Shown: positions 19,527-30,206 of the stretch, in pieces
How the letters are laid out: each line of letters starts with the position of its first letter
How positions within the stretch are numbered: position 1 is the stretch's first letter
Source of the DNA: Clostridia bacterium
GTDB lineage: Bacteria > Bacillota > Clostridia > Christensenellales > CAG-917
Direction of reading: 5' to 3'
DNA: 64,000 bases
NCBI GenBank assembly: GCA_045613765.1
Contig: JAZLBO010000016.1
Span: 40,265 to 104,264, forward strand
The notes under the pieces: generated by a model
What the model was told of the DNA's origin: nothing
Seen by the model: only the letters and a program-made list of their open reading frames with translations
Databases searched by the model: none
Translations under genes and position numbers: made by a program

Positions 19527-20232
19527 GAGGGGGACAATAAACTATACAGTTTTAGGCGACGGCATAAACGTAGTATTTTTACATGGCTGGGGCGGTGACG
19601 CTTCTGCCTTTTTATTTGTCGCAGAACGGCTCAAAACATTTGCAAAAAGCATAGTTGTAGATTTCAACGGATTTGGCAAAACACCAGAGCCAGATAGACC
19701 TTATTCGGTTGGAGATTATGCAGGGGAAGTTCTGTCCGTCATTGAAAAAGAAGGGGTGGAAAAAGCGATAATCGTAGGGCACTCATTTGGTGGCAGAGTG
19801 GCAATGGAAATTGCCGCCAAATTCCCCGACGTTGCCAGTGGACTTGTCCTTGTGGACAGTGCAGGCATAAAACCACGGCACAATCTTTTCTATTATATCA
19901 AAATTGCAATACACAAACTAATGAAGAAACTCGGTATGAAGGGACTAAAAGGTTCAAATGATTACCGAGTTCTTTCATTAATAATGAAAGAAACTTTCAA
20001 AAAAGTAGTGTCGTACGACCAGAGTTATCTGTTGAAAGACATATCCGTGCCCACTGCTATATTTTGGGGTAAAAAGGACAAGGATACCCCACTTTATATG
20101 GCAAGAAAACTGTCTAAAAACATCAAAGATAGCAGTCTATTTTTGCTTGACGGTGGACACTATGCATACGTTGATGATCTTGAGAAATTTGTCAGTATTT
20201 TGACTGCCTTTGTGCAACAAGTGGGGGAATAA
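19516..20232 (+). CDS. Alpha/beta hydrolase
   Basis: FLHGWG, GFG, GHSFGG nucleophile elbow, D..TP, GGH; start uncertain. Confidence 0.9.
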   Translation: MTCRRGTINYTVLGDGINVVFLHGWGGDASAFLFVAERLKTFAKSIVVDFNGFGKTPEPDRPYSVGDYAGEVLSVIEKEGVEKAIIVGHSFGGRVAMEIAAKFPDVASGLVLVDSAGIKPRHNLFYYIKIAIHKLMKKLGMKGLKGSNDYRVLSLIMKETFKKVVSYDQSYLLKDISVPTAIFWGKKDKDTPLYMARKLSKNIKDSSLFLLDGGHYAYVDDLEKFVSILTAFVQQVGE

Positions 20233-21815
20233 TGTTTATACGTGGAGATTGGTTTTTTGTTTTGTTATCCTTGCTTACAACTGCCTTTATGGCAAAGCCC
20301 TACATATACGCCATGCAACAAGACAATTATCGTCTGCAATGTGTGTTCAAGAGCAAAACTATAAGGCGAATATTCCTTGTGGATATGATGGCAATGCTTG
20401 TATTTATTGGCATATATATTGGTGTCAGTTATCTTCACTCAAGAGCCTTTTGGGGATTTTTGGTGGCAATGTTTTTCTTCGTGGCAGAAACGGTGCTATA
20501 TTTTGCAGAAGATGGCGACAAAAAGAAACCATTGAAATACACCAAAAGGGCAGTCCGTGGCTTTGGTGCGATTATACTCACTGAAACGGCAGTGATAACT
20601 GCAATATTGTTTCATTTAAGTGGCATATTTGATGATGACAACGCCTTCTTTAGATATGTAGGATTTTTGATAATTCCAGTATTCTATCCACTTGTTTTGC
20701 TCTTGACAATGAGTGTTGTCAACCTGTTTGAAGGTCTAAATAATCGCAGATATGAAACAAAGACAAAAAAGGCACTTGAAAAAAGCGACACACTGAAAAT
20801 CGCCATCACGGGAAGTTATGGAAAGACAAGTGTCAAAAACTTCTTGAAACACATCCTTGCAGTCAAATATCACGTGTTGGCAACCCCAGAAAGTTACAAC
20901 ACACCAATGGGAATATCCAAAACAGTGAAAGGGCTCGATTTGACTCATCAAATTTTCATAGCAGAGATGGGTGCAAGACGAGTTGGAGATATCAAAAGGT
21001 TGATGAAAATTGTGCAACCGGACATATCTGTCCTTACAGGCATCAACTCTCAACACCTTGAAACTTTCAAAACTCAAGACAATATCATCAAAGAAAAACT
21101 GCAGGTTGCCACAATGTTGCAAGAAAATGGAAAAGTTATGATAAACGGCAATCTAAAAGGGTTAATTGAAGATTTTGCCCCTCAAATATCTGCGCAAATT
21201 GTCTATGCAGGAAGAGAGAGCGATCAAGTTTTTGCAAGTGATATACTGCTGACAGATGATGGTTGCACCTTCAATCTTCACTTTGGAGATGAAGTGTATA
21301 GTGCCACGACACAACTTATCGGTTCGCATAATGTTGAAAATATTGCAGTGGCATCTTCGGTGGCTTATGCACTTGGAATATCTCCAAAGCATATAGTGGA
21401 AAGAATTGCAACCATAGAACCTGTGCCACACCGATTGCAACTGATACAAAGGGATGTTATCAACATAATTGATGACACTTTCAACGGCAACCCTGACGGC
21501 GCACGTGTGGCACTTGAAACCCTTGATTGCTTCAAAGGGAGAAAGGTTGTCATAACCCCGGGGCTTGTTGAATTGGGGGACAGAGAAAAAGATGAAAACA
21601 TTTTGCTTGGGGAAAGGATAGGCAAAGTGGCAGACGTTGTTGTGCTTATTGGTGGCAAACGAAGTGAGCAACTAAAACACGGACTACGAGATTTTCAAGG
21701 GGAAGTATTGCACTTTCAAACCTTGAAATTGGCAGAGCAGTCATTCAAGGATTTTATACGAATTGGCGACACCATTTTACTGCTCAATGACTTGCCAGAC
21801 GTGTATGAAGAATAG
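20232..21815 (+). CDS. murF: UDP-MurNAc-tripeptide:D-Ala-D-Ala ligase with N-terminal membrane domain
   Basis: ~5 N-terminal TM helices; ITGSYGKTSVK, SYNT, EMGA, QHLETF, DDTFN.NP, TPGLVELG. Confidence 0.88.
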   Translation: MFIRGDWFFVLLSLLTTAFMAKPYIYAMQQDNYRLQCVFKSKTIRRIFLVDMMAMLVFIGIYIGVSYLHSRAFWGFLVAMFFFVAETVLYFAEDGDKKKPLKYTKRAVRGFGAIILTETAVITAILFHLSGIFDDDNAFFRYVGFLIIPVFYPLVLLLTMSVVNLFEGLNNRRYETKTKKALEKSDTLKIAITGSYGKTSVKNFLKHILAVKYHVLATPESYNTPMGISKTVKGLDLTHQIFIAEMGARRVGDIKRLMKIVQPDISVLTGINSQHLETFKTQDNIIKEKLQVATMLQENGKVMINGNLKGLIEDFAPQISAQIVYAGRESDQVFASDILLTDDGCTFNLHFGDEVYSATTQLIGSHNVENIAVASSVAYALGISPKHIVERIATIEPVPHRLQLIQRDVINIIDDTFNGNPDGARVALETLDCFKGRKVVITPGLVELGDREKDENILLGERIGKVADVVVLIGGKRSEQLKHGLRDFQGEVLHFQTLKLAEQSFKDFIRIGDTILLLNDLPDVYEE

Positions 21816-21822
21816 GGGGAGT

Positions 21823-22956
21823 ATGAAAAAGAAAATTGCACTTATATTTGGTGGCAGATCAGTTGAAAGAGATATATCAATCATCACTGCATTTCAAACA
21901 AAAACTGCGTTAGATAACCAAAAATACAATGTTTTGCCTATATATTTGTATGAAGGGGATTTTTACACGGGGGATATGAAAAGCATCAAGGATTTTGCTT
22001 CATTTTTGCCTTCTGCAAACAAAAAATTGGTGCTATTCAGTGGTGTATTTTGCCTTTTGAAAAAGAACAAATTGACACCACTTTTCAAGCCTGATGTGGT
22101 TGTAAATTGTTGCCATGGTGGAGAAGGAGAAAATGGGACGATTGCAGGTATTTTGGAGTATAATGGATTTCCTCACACAAGCCCTGATCTATTTCAATCG
22201 GCTCTTTGTATGGACAAGACAGAAAGCAAGGTGATTTTTGACAGTATGTTTCTTAACACTGCAAAATCAATATCGTTTTTCCGTCACCAATATGAAAATA
22301 ATGTTGATGCTATTCTTGAAAAAATTGAAAGTAGGATAGAATATCCTATGATAGTCAAACCATCTCATTTGGGCAGTAGTATTGGAATTGGCATTGCCAC
22401 CAACCAAGATCAACTGAAAAGTGCCATTGCCGTTGCCGTTGAGTTTGATGAAAAAATACTTGTAGAGCACAAACTGACTGACTTTGTTGAAGTAAATTGC
22501 GCAGTGTATAGGGGTGTGAACGGGATTGTTGTGTCAACAACAGAGCAACCTTTGTCAAAGAGTGATTTTTTGTCCTTTGAAGACAAATATTCAACGGGCA
22601 AAATGAGTGGTGGTGGACATATAATACCTGCACCAATCGGCAATCTAAACGGGCAAATTGAAGAAATCACGGCAAATATTTATGACAAATTAGGATTGAA
22701 AGGTGTTGTGCGCATTGACTATCTTGTTGACATTGAAAGGGAGAAGATATACGTCAATGAAATCAACACCGTGCCGGGATCTCTTGCACATTATCTCTTT
22801 GAAAGAAAGGGTATATCCTTTGGAGATATGCTTGACGACATAATTGAATATGTTGAAAGGGAGTACCTTGACAAAAAATCACGGATTCGCAGTTTTTCAA
22901 CAGGTGTTCTTGACAACTTCAAGGGTGGAACAAAATCTCAAAATTTGAAAGGATAA
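21823..22956 (+). CDS. ddl: D-alanine--D-alanine ligase
   Basis: FGGRSVERDIS, HGGEGENG, MDK, KP..LGSSIGI, EDKY, EINTVPG. Confidence 0.93.
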   Translation: MKKKIALIFGGRSVERDISIITAFQTKTALDNQKYNVLPIYLYEGDFYTGDMKSIKDFASFLPSANKKLVLFSGVFCLLKKNKLTPLFKPDVVVNCCHGGEGENGTIAGILEYNGFPHTSPDLFQSALCMDKTESKVIFDSMFLNTAKSISFFRHQYENNVDAILEKIESRIEYPMIVKPSHLGSSIGIGIATNQDQLKSAIAVAVEFDEKILVEHKLTDFVEVNCAVYRGVNGIVVSTTEQPLSKSDFLSFEDKYSTGKMSGGGHIIPAPIGNLNGQIEEITANIYDKLGLKGVVRIDYLVDIEREKIYVNEINTVPGSLAHYLFERKGISFGDMLDDIIEYVEREYLDKKSRIRSFSTGVLDNFKGGTKSQNLKG

Positions 22957-22964
22957 GGGAAAAG

Positions 22965-22992
22965 AAAAAGCACTCAATCGAGTGCTTTTTTT
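22965..22992. terminator. Bidirectional intrinsic terminator
   Basis: AAAAAGCACTC-AATC-GAGTGCTTTTT. Confidence 0.75.
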
Positions 22993-23007
22993 GTTTGTTT
23001 TGTTTGG

Positions 23008-23817
23008 TTATTCTTGTGCCACAACATATTCGCCGTCAATCTCAATAGTGTCCTTAAGTTCAACAGGAATATACAATCTTATTTGGGCTTCAATGGTGTT
23101 TTCTTCCATCAGGAAGAACAACATTTTTGCCACACTATCATCAGCATCAATGGTGGGCTTTGCATTTTCTGTGATCTTCACTGTGCCGCCAATATAATTG
23201 ATTGTCAACTGACCAGAAAAAGTTTCATATCCTTTGACGGACACAAAATCATCATCTTCGGTGTAGATAACCACCACGTTTTTGCCGTCCAAATTAAGTG
23301 AAATTCTTTCTATGGGCTTGTCGGGGTTGGTTGTGTCATATTTTACGTCATAGGTCTTTGCTTGAGCATTGTAGCCGTGCGACACACGATATTCCCCAAT
23401 TTCACTGCGCCAATCATCAGGGGATATTGCGCCAAGCCCTGCAGATATAAGGATAAACACTGTGCCAACTGCCATAACTATCAAGCAAATGTTTTGATAT
23501 GAAATGCTCATCTTTTTTTCTGTGGCAACGGTGGTTTTTGCAGGAGCAGGAGTTTCATCAACGGACTTTGCAAAGCGTTTTGCATACTTGAGATATACGT
23601 CAATGAGCAAAAGCCCCACACCGATGGACAAAACTGCCACGCCAAACATAATAAGGAAAATCATTGCAGACTCAAGAGCAATGTATCCAACAGATGCATA
23701 CACTGTGGCAAAAATCCCAAATGCAAACAATCCAATCATAAGGATTATGAGCAAAGGGAAGGGGACGTATGACAATCCCTTCAAAAATTCATCTTTTGTG
23801 ACCTTCTTCTTTTCCAT
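23008..23817 (-). CDS. Hypothetical membrane protein
   Basis: Three hydrophobic helices then a beta-rich soluble domain; TTGACA-18-TAAAAT promoter 6 nt before ATG. Confidence 0.75.
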   Translation of the reverse strand: MEKKKVTKDEFLKGLSYVPFPLLIILMIGLFAFGIFATVYASVGYIALESAMIFLIMFGVAVLSIGVGLLLIDVYLKYAKRFAKSVDETPAPAKTTVATEKKMSISYQNICLIVMAVGTVFILISAGLGAISPDDWRSEIGEYRVSHGYNAQAKTYDVKYDTTNPDKPIERISLNLDGKNVVVIYTEDDDFVSVKGYETFSGQLTINYIGGTVKITENAKPTIDADDSVAKMLFFLMEENTIEAQIRLYIPVELKDTIEIDGEYVVAQE

Positions 23818-24050
23818 ATTTTCATTTTACAATAACATGACACTTTGTGTCAAACACTTTCATCAACCACTTTGGCTTGCAAAATCTTTTCATTTATATT
23901 TTCTTTTGGAGTGTATTTTTGTCAAAAGAAATCTGCCGTGTTCTAAACCGTTTTGTACATGCGTAATTTATCTCTATAGACGAAGTGCGAACTTTTACGA
24001 CATTATATTTCATTTTTTGTCAAAGCAGTTGGTCTAATATGGGGGTGAAG

Positions 24051-24818
24051 ATGTTTCTTGTTGTAAAAAGGCAAAACATACTTTTCTATTGTGCCGTAGT
24101 AGTGGCAGTGGTTGTCCTTTGTCTGTGCATATCTTTTTCATCAGTTGCAGGTGTCTATTTTGGCGAAACAACTCGCAAAATCCCAGTGTACCGAGTGGAT
24201 ATGGCAGAAGAAGACAAAGTCATAGCCCTAACCTTTGACGCTGCTTGGGGTGCAGACAAAACGCTGAAAATCATAGAAATACTCAAAGAGTATGGTGCAA
24301 ATGCCACATTCTTTTTGGTTGGGTTTTGGATTGACAAATACCCCGAAGAAACAAAAGCAATTTCCCAAGCAGGTTTTGACATTGGCAATCACTCTGAAAA
24401 TCATCTTAATATGCCACGATTATCTTCAAGCAAGATGGCAGAAGAAATTACTTCCGTCAACAAGAAGATATACAACCTTACAGGCAAATCCCCCGTCTAT
24501 TTTAGAGCCCCGTTTGGCGACTATGCCAACAATCTTATGACTTGCATCGAAGATCTCGGCATGGTGGGCATACAGTGGTCTATAGACAGTCTGGACTGGA
24601 AAGGACTGGGTGTCAAAGAAATTGCTGAAAGGATAGTGCCCAAGGCAAAGAGTGGGGATATAGTCTTATTCCACAACAATAGCGACCATATCCTTGAGGC
24701 GTTGCCGGTGGTATTGGAGGCACTGAAAAACAAGGGTTTCAAGTTTGTGGCATTAAGTGAAATGGTGATGACGGACAACTATTATGTGGACTCACAAGGC
24801 GTCCAGCGAAAAAGATAA
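24051..24818 (+). CDS. Polysaccharide deacetylase, PdaB-like (sporulation)
   Basis: N-terminal TM; ALTFDAAWG, ATFF, GNHS..H, FRAPFG, WSIDSLDW, IVLFHN. Confidence 0.9.
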   Translation: MFLVVKRQNILFYCAVVVAVVVLCLCISFSSVAGVYFGETTRKIPVYRVDMAEEDKVIALTFDAAWGADKTLKIIEILKEYGANATFFLVGFWIDKYPEETKAISQAGFDIGNHSENHLNMPRLSSSKMAEEITSVNKKIYNLTGKSPVYFRAPFGDYANNLMTCIEDLGMVGIQWSIDSLDWKGLGVKEIAERIVPKAKSGDIVLFHNNSDHILEALPVVLEALKNKGFKFVALSEMVMTDNYYVDSQGVQRKR

Positions 24819-24853
24819 ACGGAAAATACAATTCAACATACAAGGAGAAATAA

Positions 24854-25468
24854 ATGAGTTACGATCAACTTGAAAACAACAAAGTCTATCTATGTGGCAC
24901 AGTGGCAGATGCCCCCGAGTTTTCCCACGAAGTTATGGGAGAAGGTTTCTACGACCTTACACTTGACGTGCAAAGGCTCAGTGGTCAATACGACAAAATT
25001 CCTTTGACAATATCCGAGCGACTTATGGGAGATATCCCCCTTGATTGCGGGGAGAAACTGGGAGTATATGGTCAACTGCGCAGTTATAACAAAGTGGTTG
25101 GGGATAGAAGTAAACTTGTGCTCAAAGTGTTTGTCCGTGAACTTGGCGAAGGAGATGAGCAAAACCCCAACTATATAGAAATCGAAGGATACGTGTGCAA
25201 ACCCACCGTATATAGAACAACGCCCTTTGGCAGAGAGATATGCGACGTTCTTCTTGCAGTCAACCGAGCCTACAACAAATCAGACTATATCCCCTGTATT
25301 GCTTGGGGAAGAAATGCAAGATATGCAGAGTCCTTTGAAGTGGGGGACAGAGTTCTTGTGTCTGGGCGCATCCAATCAAGAGAATACCAAAAGGCACTTG
25401 AAGACGGATCTTATGAAAGCCGTGTTGCCTACGAGGTGTCAATCAACAAAATAGAAAAGACCTTGTAG
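24854..25468 (+). CDS. ssb: Single-stranded DNA-binding protein (tandem OB, clostridial type)
   Basis: FSHEV.GEGFY, RLS...D.IP, GQLRSYN, YRTTPFGREI, SDYIPCIAWGRNA, GRIQSREY. Confidence 0.9.
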   Translation: MSYDQLENNKVYLCGTVADAPEFSHEVMGEGFYDLTLDVQRLSGQYDKIPLTISERLMGDIPLDCGEKLGVYGQLRSYNKVVGDRSKLVLKVFVRELGEGDEQNPNYIEIEGYVCKPTVYRTTPFGREICDVLLAVNRAYNKSDYIPCIAWGRNARYAESFEVGDRVLVSGRIQSREYQKALEDGSYESRVAYEVSINKIEKTL

Positions 25469-25668
25469 CACTTATAATGCAAAAGACACATAAGCACAAG
25501 ACAATTTACACATAGGGGGGATCTACATATCTGCACAAAAAATGCAATATGGAAACAAATTATCCCACTTTCTTGCAAAATGTGGTATTTACAATCAGCA
25601 GAAAGTCGTGTATAATGTTCGTATGCTATTATGCGCACGCCGTGTGTGTACGTACGAAAGGGGGAATT

Positions 25669-27360
25669 ATGAACGTAAAAGATTATGTGCTCAAAGTCAT
25701 ATATGAGTATGATGGACAGACAAGATGGTTGATTGACGAAAATGACGAAATCCTTTCTTTTGCTGAAACGGGGGATGAAAGTCATATAAAACTGACCGTA
25801 CACGCAACAGCACCTGTCAAGATACAACGTGCAGAACTTATTTATGACCATCACTTTGAAAGCGAAGAATGGTTTTATGGCGGCGGATATCAAAGTTGGT
25901 CAACGTCAAGAGAGTACAAAAGGGGAGATAGACAATATGGCTTGCGTTTCCCTTGCAACTTTATCCCCCTTGCCAAGACGTATGCAGCAGCATCTGGCGA
26001 TTCATACTTTGCAGAGTATGGCAAGGATTTGTACCACTCAAATACATACACATATTTGCGCAAAGGGGAGCACTTGGACTTCTTTGGCACTCTCAATGAT
26101 AGAACTGGATACACAGTGTTCTATGCCGATATGAGAGAAAACATTTTCGCCATTGAAAAGGACGTTGAAGGTGTCACAATTCAAGGGGAATATGAACTCT
26201 TTGACATAATGTACTGCAATGGCACTTATGACCAAGTATTTGACAAGTACTTTGAAGAATACCCAAGAAAAGCAACAGGTAGAGTTGATCATCTTGCCGG
26301 CTATACATCTTGGTACAATTATTTCCAAAACATAACCGAAGATATTATTATCCGTGACCTTAACGGACTTTACGAAAAGGCAGGGGACAAAGCAAATATT
26401 TTCCAAATTGATGACGGCTATGAAAGTATGGTGGGCGATTGGCTCACACTCAAGCCCGAATTCCCCAATGGTATGGGTTATATTGCCGACGAAATCCACA
26501 AAAAAGGATACAAGGCAGGCATCTGGCTTGCACCTTTTGCAGCGCAATTCAAGGCACAACTTGTCAAGGATCATCCCGACTGGTTCTTGAGAGATGAAAG
26601 AGGCAAGATGCTCATTGGCGGTTTTGCTTGGAACGGGTTCTATGTCTTAGACATAGAGAAACAAGAAGTGAGAGAATATATCAAGCACGTATTTGACGTT
26701 GTGTTCAATGAGTGGCACTATGATATGGTCAAACTTGACTTCTTGTATGCAGCGTCAATTCAACCTCGTTTGAACAAATCTCGTGGCCAACTTATGCACG
26801 AGGCAATGGACTTCCTTCGTGAGTGTTGTGGAGATAAGATTATACTTGGCTGTGGCGTGCCTTTGAGTGCAAGTTTTGGCGTGGTTGACGCTTGTAGAAT
26901 AAGTTGTGACGTGGAACTTTCTTTCAAGGACAAATTCTACACAAAGATAACCAATCCCGAAATCATATCTGCCAAGATGGCAATGAACAATAGTATTTTC
27001 CGTAGGCACTTAAACGGCAGAATATTCGCCAACGATCCTGACGTTTTCTTCCTTCGTGATGACGGCATGAAACCTGCCGAATACACTTGGGGACAAAAGA
27101 AACTTCTTGCTCGCATAAACAATATGTTTGGCTCTGTGTTGTTTGTCAGTGACAATGCAGGGGAATATAATGACGACAAAGTGGAAGTGCTTCATAATTC
27201 CTTCAAGAAGTTTGAAGGCAAAGTGCTTTCAGCAGAATACGTCACCAACAAGGCAAGTGGCGAAGAATTTATCGTCATCATTTATCAAGAAAATGATGAA
27301 AAGAGATGCCTTATGTACAACACACTCACTGGCAAAAATACCGATTATCCAGTAAAATAG
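25669..27360 (+). CDS. Alpha-galactosidase, GH36-like
   Basis: GYTSWYNY, FQIDDGY, GIWLAPF, KLDFLY, RISCD, NDPDVF. Confidence 0.88.
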   Translation: MNVKDYVLKVIYEYDGQTRWLIDENDEILSFAETGDESHIKLTVHATAPVKIQRAELIYDHHFESEEWFYGGGYQSWSTSREYKRGDRQYGLRFPCNFIPLAKTYAAASGDSYFAEYGKDLYHSNTYTYLRKGEHLDFFGTLNDRTGYTVFYADMRENIFAIEKDVEGVTIQGEYELFDIMYCNGTYDQVFDKYFEEYPRKATGRVDHLAGYTSWYNYFQNITEDIIIRDLNGLYEKAGDKANIFQIDDGYESMVGDWLTLKPEFPNGMGYIADEIHKKGYKAGIWLAPFAAQFKAQLVKDHPDWFLRDERGKMLIGGFAWNGFYVLDIEKQEVREYIKHVFDVVFNEWHYDMVKLDFLYAASIQPRLNKSRGQLMHEAMDFLRECCGDKIILGCGVPLSASFGVVDACRISCDVELSFKDKFYTKITNPEIISAKMAMNNSIFRRHLNGRIFANDPDVFFLRDDGMKPAEYTWGQKKLLARINNMFGSVLFVSDNAGEYNDDKVEVLHNSFKKFEGKVLSAEYVTNKASGEEFIVIIYQENDEKRCLMYNTLTGKNTDYPVK

Positions 27361-28032
27361 ATGATAGACCTTGATGCACTCAAAAAAGTTAGAGAGCAGG
27401 TGGCAGAGCAAGGGAGAGAAATCACTCTTGTTGGTGCAACCAAAACACAGGACAAAACCATAATCGACGAATTTATGAGGATTGCCCCCGATTTTGTTTT
27501 GGGCGAAAACCGTGTTCAAGAACTTTTGGAAAAGTATGACAGTGCATATAAGTGGCATTTTATTGGAAGACTGCAAAGAAACAAGGTCAAGTACATCATT
27601 GACAAAGTGGAACTTATCCACTCTCTTGACAGCATTTCCCTTGCAGACGAAATTGAAAAGCAAGCCCAAAAGCACTCAAAAGTGCAAAGTTGCCTTGTTG
27701 AAATCAACATTGGTGGCGAAGAAAGTAAAGGTGGCATTGCCCCCGAAGAAGTGGAAGGATTTATCCGTTCACTTGCAAATCATACACACATAAAAATCGA
27801 AGGAATTATGTCCGTCCTTCCAAATGTAAATACAACCGAACTTGAAACACTTTACGACAAACTTGATGATGTTTTTGACAAAGTCAAAAAGATTGAGCAG
27901 TCAAATGTAGAAGTGAAGCATTTGTCTGCTGGTATGAGTGGAGATTATGAAATCGCTCTCCACCACAAATCAAATGTTTTAAGGCTCGGCAAACTTATAT
28001 TTGGCGAAAGAAACTATACGCCGAGCGTGTAG
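27361..28032 (+). CDS. yggS: YggS/PLPBP pyridoxal phosphate homeostasis protein
   Basis: GATK, GENRVQE, WHFIGRLQRNK, SAGMSGDY. Confidence 0.93.
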   Translation: MIDLDALKKVREQVAEQGREITLVGATKTQDKTIIDEFMRIAPDFVLGENRVQELLEKYDSAYKWHFIGRLQRNKVKYIIDKVELIHSLDSISLADEIEKQAQKHSKVQSCLVEINIGGEESKGGIAPEEVEGFIRSLANHTHIKIEGIMSVLPNVNTTELETLYDKLDDVFDKVKKIEQSNVEVKHLSAGMSGDYEIALHHKSNVLRLGKLIFGERNYTPSV

Positions 28033-28038
28033 GGGACT

Positions 28039-28419
28039 ATGGATAAATTTCAAAGAAATTACAACGATTCATTTAAGGAATTGCCACGATCAAAATATCG
28101 CTCTGAAAACACGGCAGGCTCACGTATGGGGTGGCTACTCAAGGAGCAAAGCAACGAGCAATACATATCTCAAGGCACGGTCATATTCACACCCAAGTCC
28201 TATGATGATGTGGGCAGACTTATTGACCATTTGAAGCGGGGAGAACAACTTATTGTAGATTTTTCTACAACAAATCAAGGTGTTGTTGCAAGAATACTTG
28301 ACTTTATGAGTGGTGCGATATATGCTCTCGGTGGCTCGGTTAGAAAAATTACACAAGACATATTCTTGTTTGCACCCGGATTTGTCACTGTTTCCAGTGC
28401 AGGCAGTATAGGAAAATAA
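28039..28419 (+). CDS. sepF: Cell division protein SepF
   Basis: P.SYDD, RILDFMSGAIYALGG...I...IFLFAP; follows yggS. Confidence 0.85.
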   Translation: MDKFQRNYNDSFKELPRSKYRSENTAGSRMGWLLKEQSNEQYISQGTVIFTPKSYDDVGRLIDHLKRGEQLIVDFSTTNQGVVARILDFMSGAIYALGGSVRKITQDIFLFAPGFVTVSSAGSIGK

Positions 28420-28432
28420 TAGAAGGATACAT

Positions 28433-29188
28433 ATGAAAAAGATTTTGGACTTTGACAAAGTCAAAGACTACTTCAAAAATTCAATCAATCAACTGAAAAC
28501 TGACAAGAAGGCATTGCGCAATTTTATCATAATCACTTGCGTAGAAGTTATCCTTCTTGCTCTCACCATCGTACTTGATCTCATTTCGAAGAAATGGGCA
28601 GTGGATTTTCTTGCAACCCAACCCGGTTGGAATAGCGTCGCAATCAAAGGTTTTCTTGACTTTACCTACTCCCAAAACACAGGGGCAGGTTTTGGCATGT
28701 TCAAAGACGGCACACTTGCCCTTACAGTCATCACTTCAATAGTAATTTCACTCATATTTATCTTCTTGCTTTTGTATCCAAGAAAAGAAGTTTGGTTGCG
28801 CTTGGCACTTGTATTTATTGCCGGTGGTGGAATTGGCAACCTTGTTGATAGAACACAACTTGGGTATGTTCGTGACTTCTTGGAATTCACGTTTACAGAC
28901 AAATGGGCAATATTCAACGTGGCAGATTGCTTTGTCACCGTCGGTGCAGTGATGATGGTTGGTTATCTCATTTATATGGTAATCGAAGAATTTATGTCAA
29001 ACAAAAAGAAAAATGATGACATCAATGCAAATATAGACGAAAATGGCAATCTAACCGATCAAAATCAAGAAAATATTGAAAAAAGTTCTTGTGATGAAAG
29101 CGTAGAAAACTGTGAAAATATCGTAGATAACGACGAAGCCGAAGAAGTTGCAGAGCAAGAAATAGGCACAATAACCGAAGAAAAATAA
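28433..29188 (+). CDS. lspA: Lipoprotein signal peptidase II
   Basis: D..SK, NTGAGFG, GGIGNLVDR, VRDF, FNVAD; acidic C tail. Confidence 0.93.
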   Translation: MKKILDFDKVKDYFKNSINQLKTDKKALRNFIIITCVEVILLALTIVLDLISKKWAVDFLATQPGWNSVAIKGFLDFTYSQNTGAGFGMFKDGTLALTVITSIVISLIFIFLLLYPRKEVWLRLALVFIAGGGIGNLVDRTQLGYVRDFLEFTFTDKWAIFNVADCFVTVGAVMMVGYLIYMVIEEFMSNKKKNDDINANIDENGNLTDQNQENIEKSSCDESVENCENIVDNDEAEEVAEQEIGTITEEK

Positions 29189-29199
29189 TCAACAGAATT

Positions 29200-30105
29200 A
29201 TGGCAAAATACATTGTAAACGAGCAGTCAAGGGTTGATATTTTCCTTGCCAAAGAAACAGGGCTTTCACGCTCTAATCTTAAAACCGTCATTGAAAGTGA
29301 CGGCGTTTTAATCAATGGTATTTTGCGTAAAAAGAGTGGCTTTGAAGTCAAGGAAGGCGACGAGATAGATTTGGTCTTGCCAGAGCCTAAAACCCTTGAC
29401 GTAGAGCCAAATAGCGACATAAAATTGGATATTGTCTTTGAAGACGAGCATTTTGCAGTTATAAATAAGCCTCAAGGCATGGTTGTGCACCCTGCAAGCA
29501 GTTATACAAAAAATGATACCCTTGTCAATGCACTTCTTGCAGATCTTGACAAGTTGAGTTCAATCAATGGTGTAATCCGTCCGGGAATTGTCCATAGACT
29601 TGACAAAGACACTTCTGGGCTTATCGTTGTTGCCAAAACTGATGAAGCACACAAATCCCTTGCATCACAGATTGAAAAGAAAACTGCACGAAGAATTTAC
29701 TATGGCCTTTGTGACGGCAATTTCAAGGAAGACAGCGGCACGATTGATGCCCCCATTGCAAGAAACAAAAGAGATAGAAAGAAAATGGGTATAGACCCTG
29801 ATGGAAGAAGAGCAGTCACTCACTATCAAGTTCTTGAACGATTTGGCAAGTACACTCTCGTTCGTTTTGAACTTGAAACGGGACGCACCCATCAAATCCG
29901 TGTGCATTCATCTCATATACACCATCCAATAGTGGGGGATGAGGTTTACGGTGGCTCGACTGCACTCTACAAAAACGGTCAGTTGTTGCACGCAAAACGC
30001 CTTGTTTTATCCCATCCAATCACAAAAGAAACAATGGAATTTGAGGCAGATTTGCCCGAATATTACGTTTCAGTTTTGGAAAAACTTCGCAAATTGCAAA
30101 AATAG
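29200..30105 (+). CDS. rluD: RluA/RluD-family pseudouridine synthase
   Basis: S4 domain, NKPQGMVVHP, GIVHRLDKDTSG, ETGRTHQIRVH. Confidence 0.9.
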   Translation: MAKYIVNEQSRVDIFLAKETGLSRSNLKTVIESDGVLINGILRKKSGFEVKEGDEIDLVLPEPKTLDVEPNSDIKLDIVFEDEHFAVINKPQGMVVHPASSYTKNDTLVNALLADLDKLSSINGVIRPGIVHRLDKDTSGLIVVAKTDEAHKSLASQIEKKTARRIYYGLCDGNFKEDSGTIDAPIARNKRDRKKMGIDPDGRRAVTHYQVLERFGKYTLVRFELETGRTHQIRVHSSHIHHPIVGDEVYGGSTALYKNGQLLHAKRLVLSHPITKETMEFEADLPEYYVSVLEKLRKLQK

Positions 30106-30206
30106 AGAAATTGATCAAAATTAGTCAAAATCAATGAAAATCAAGCCAAATTATTCTAAAAAATCATATTTTGTGTAATAGTTTGGCAAAATCTACAGGT
30201 TTTTAG

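Noticed and set aside
21823..22956. Vancomycin-resistance (Van) ligase
   Set aside because: No vanH/X/R/S neighbours, and the omega-loop KY fits an ordinary Ddl.
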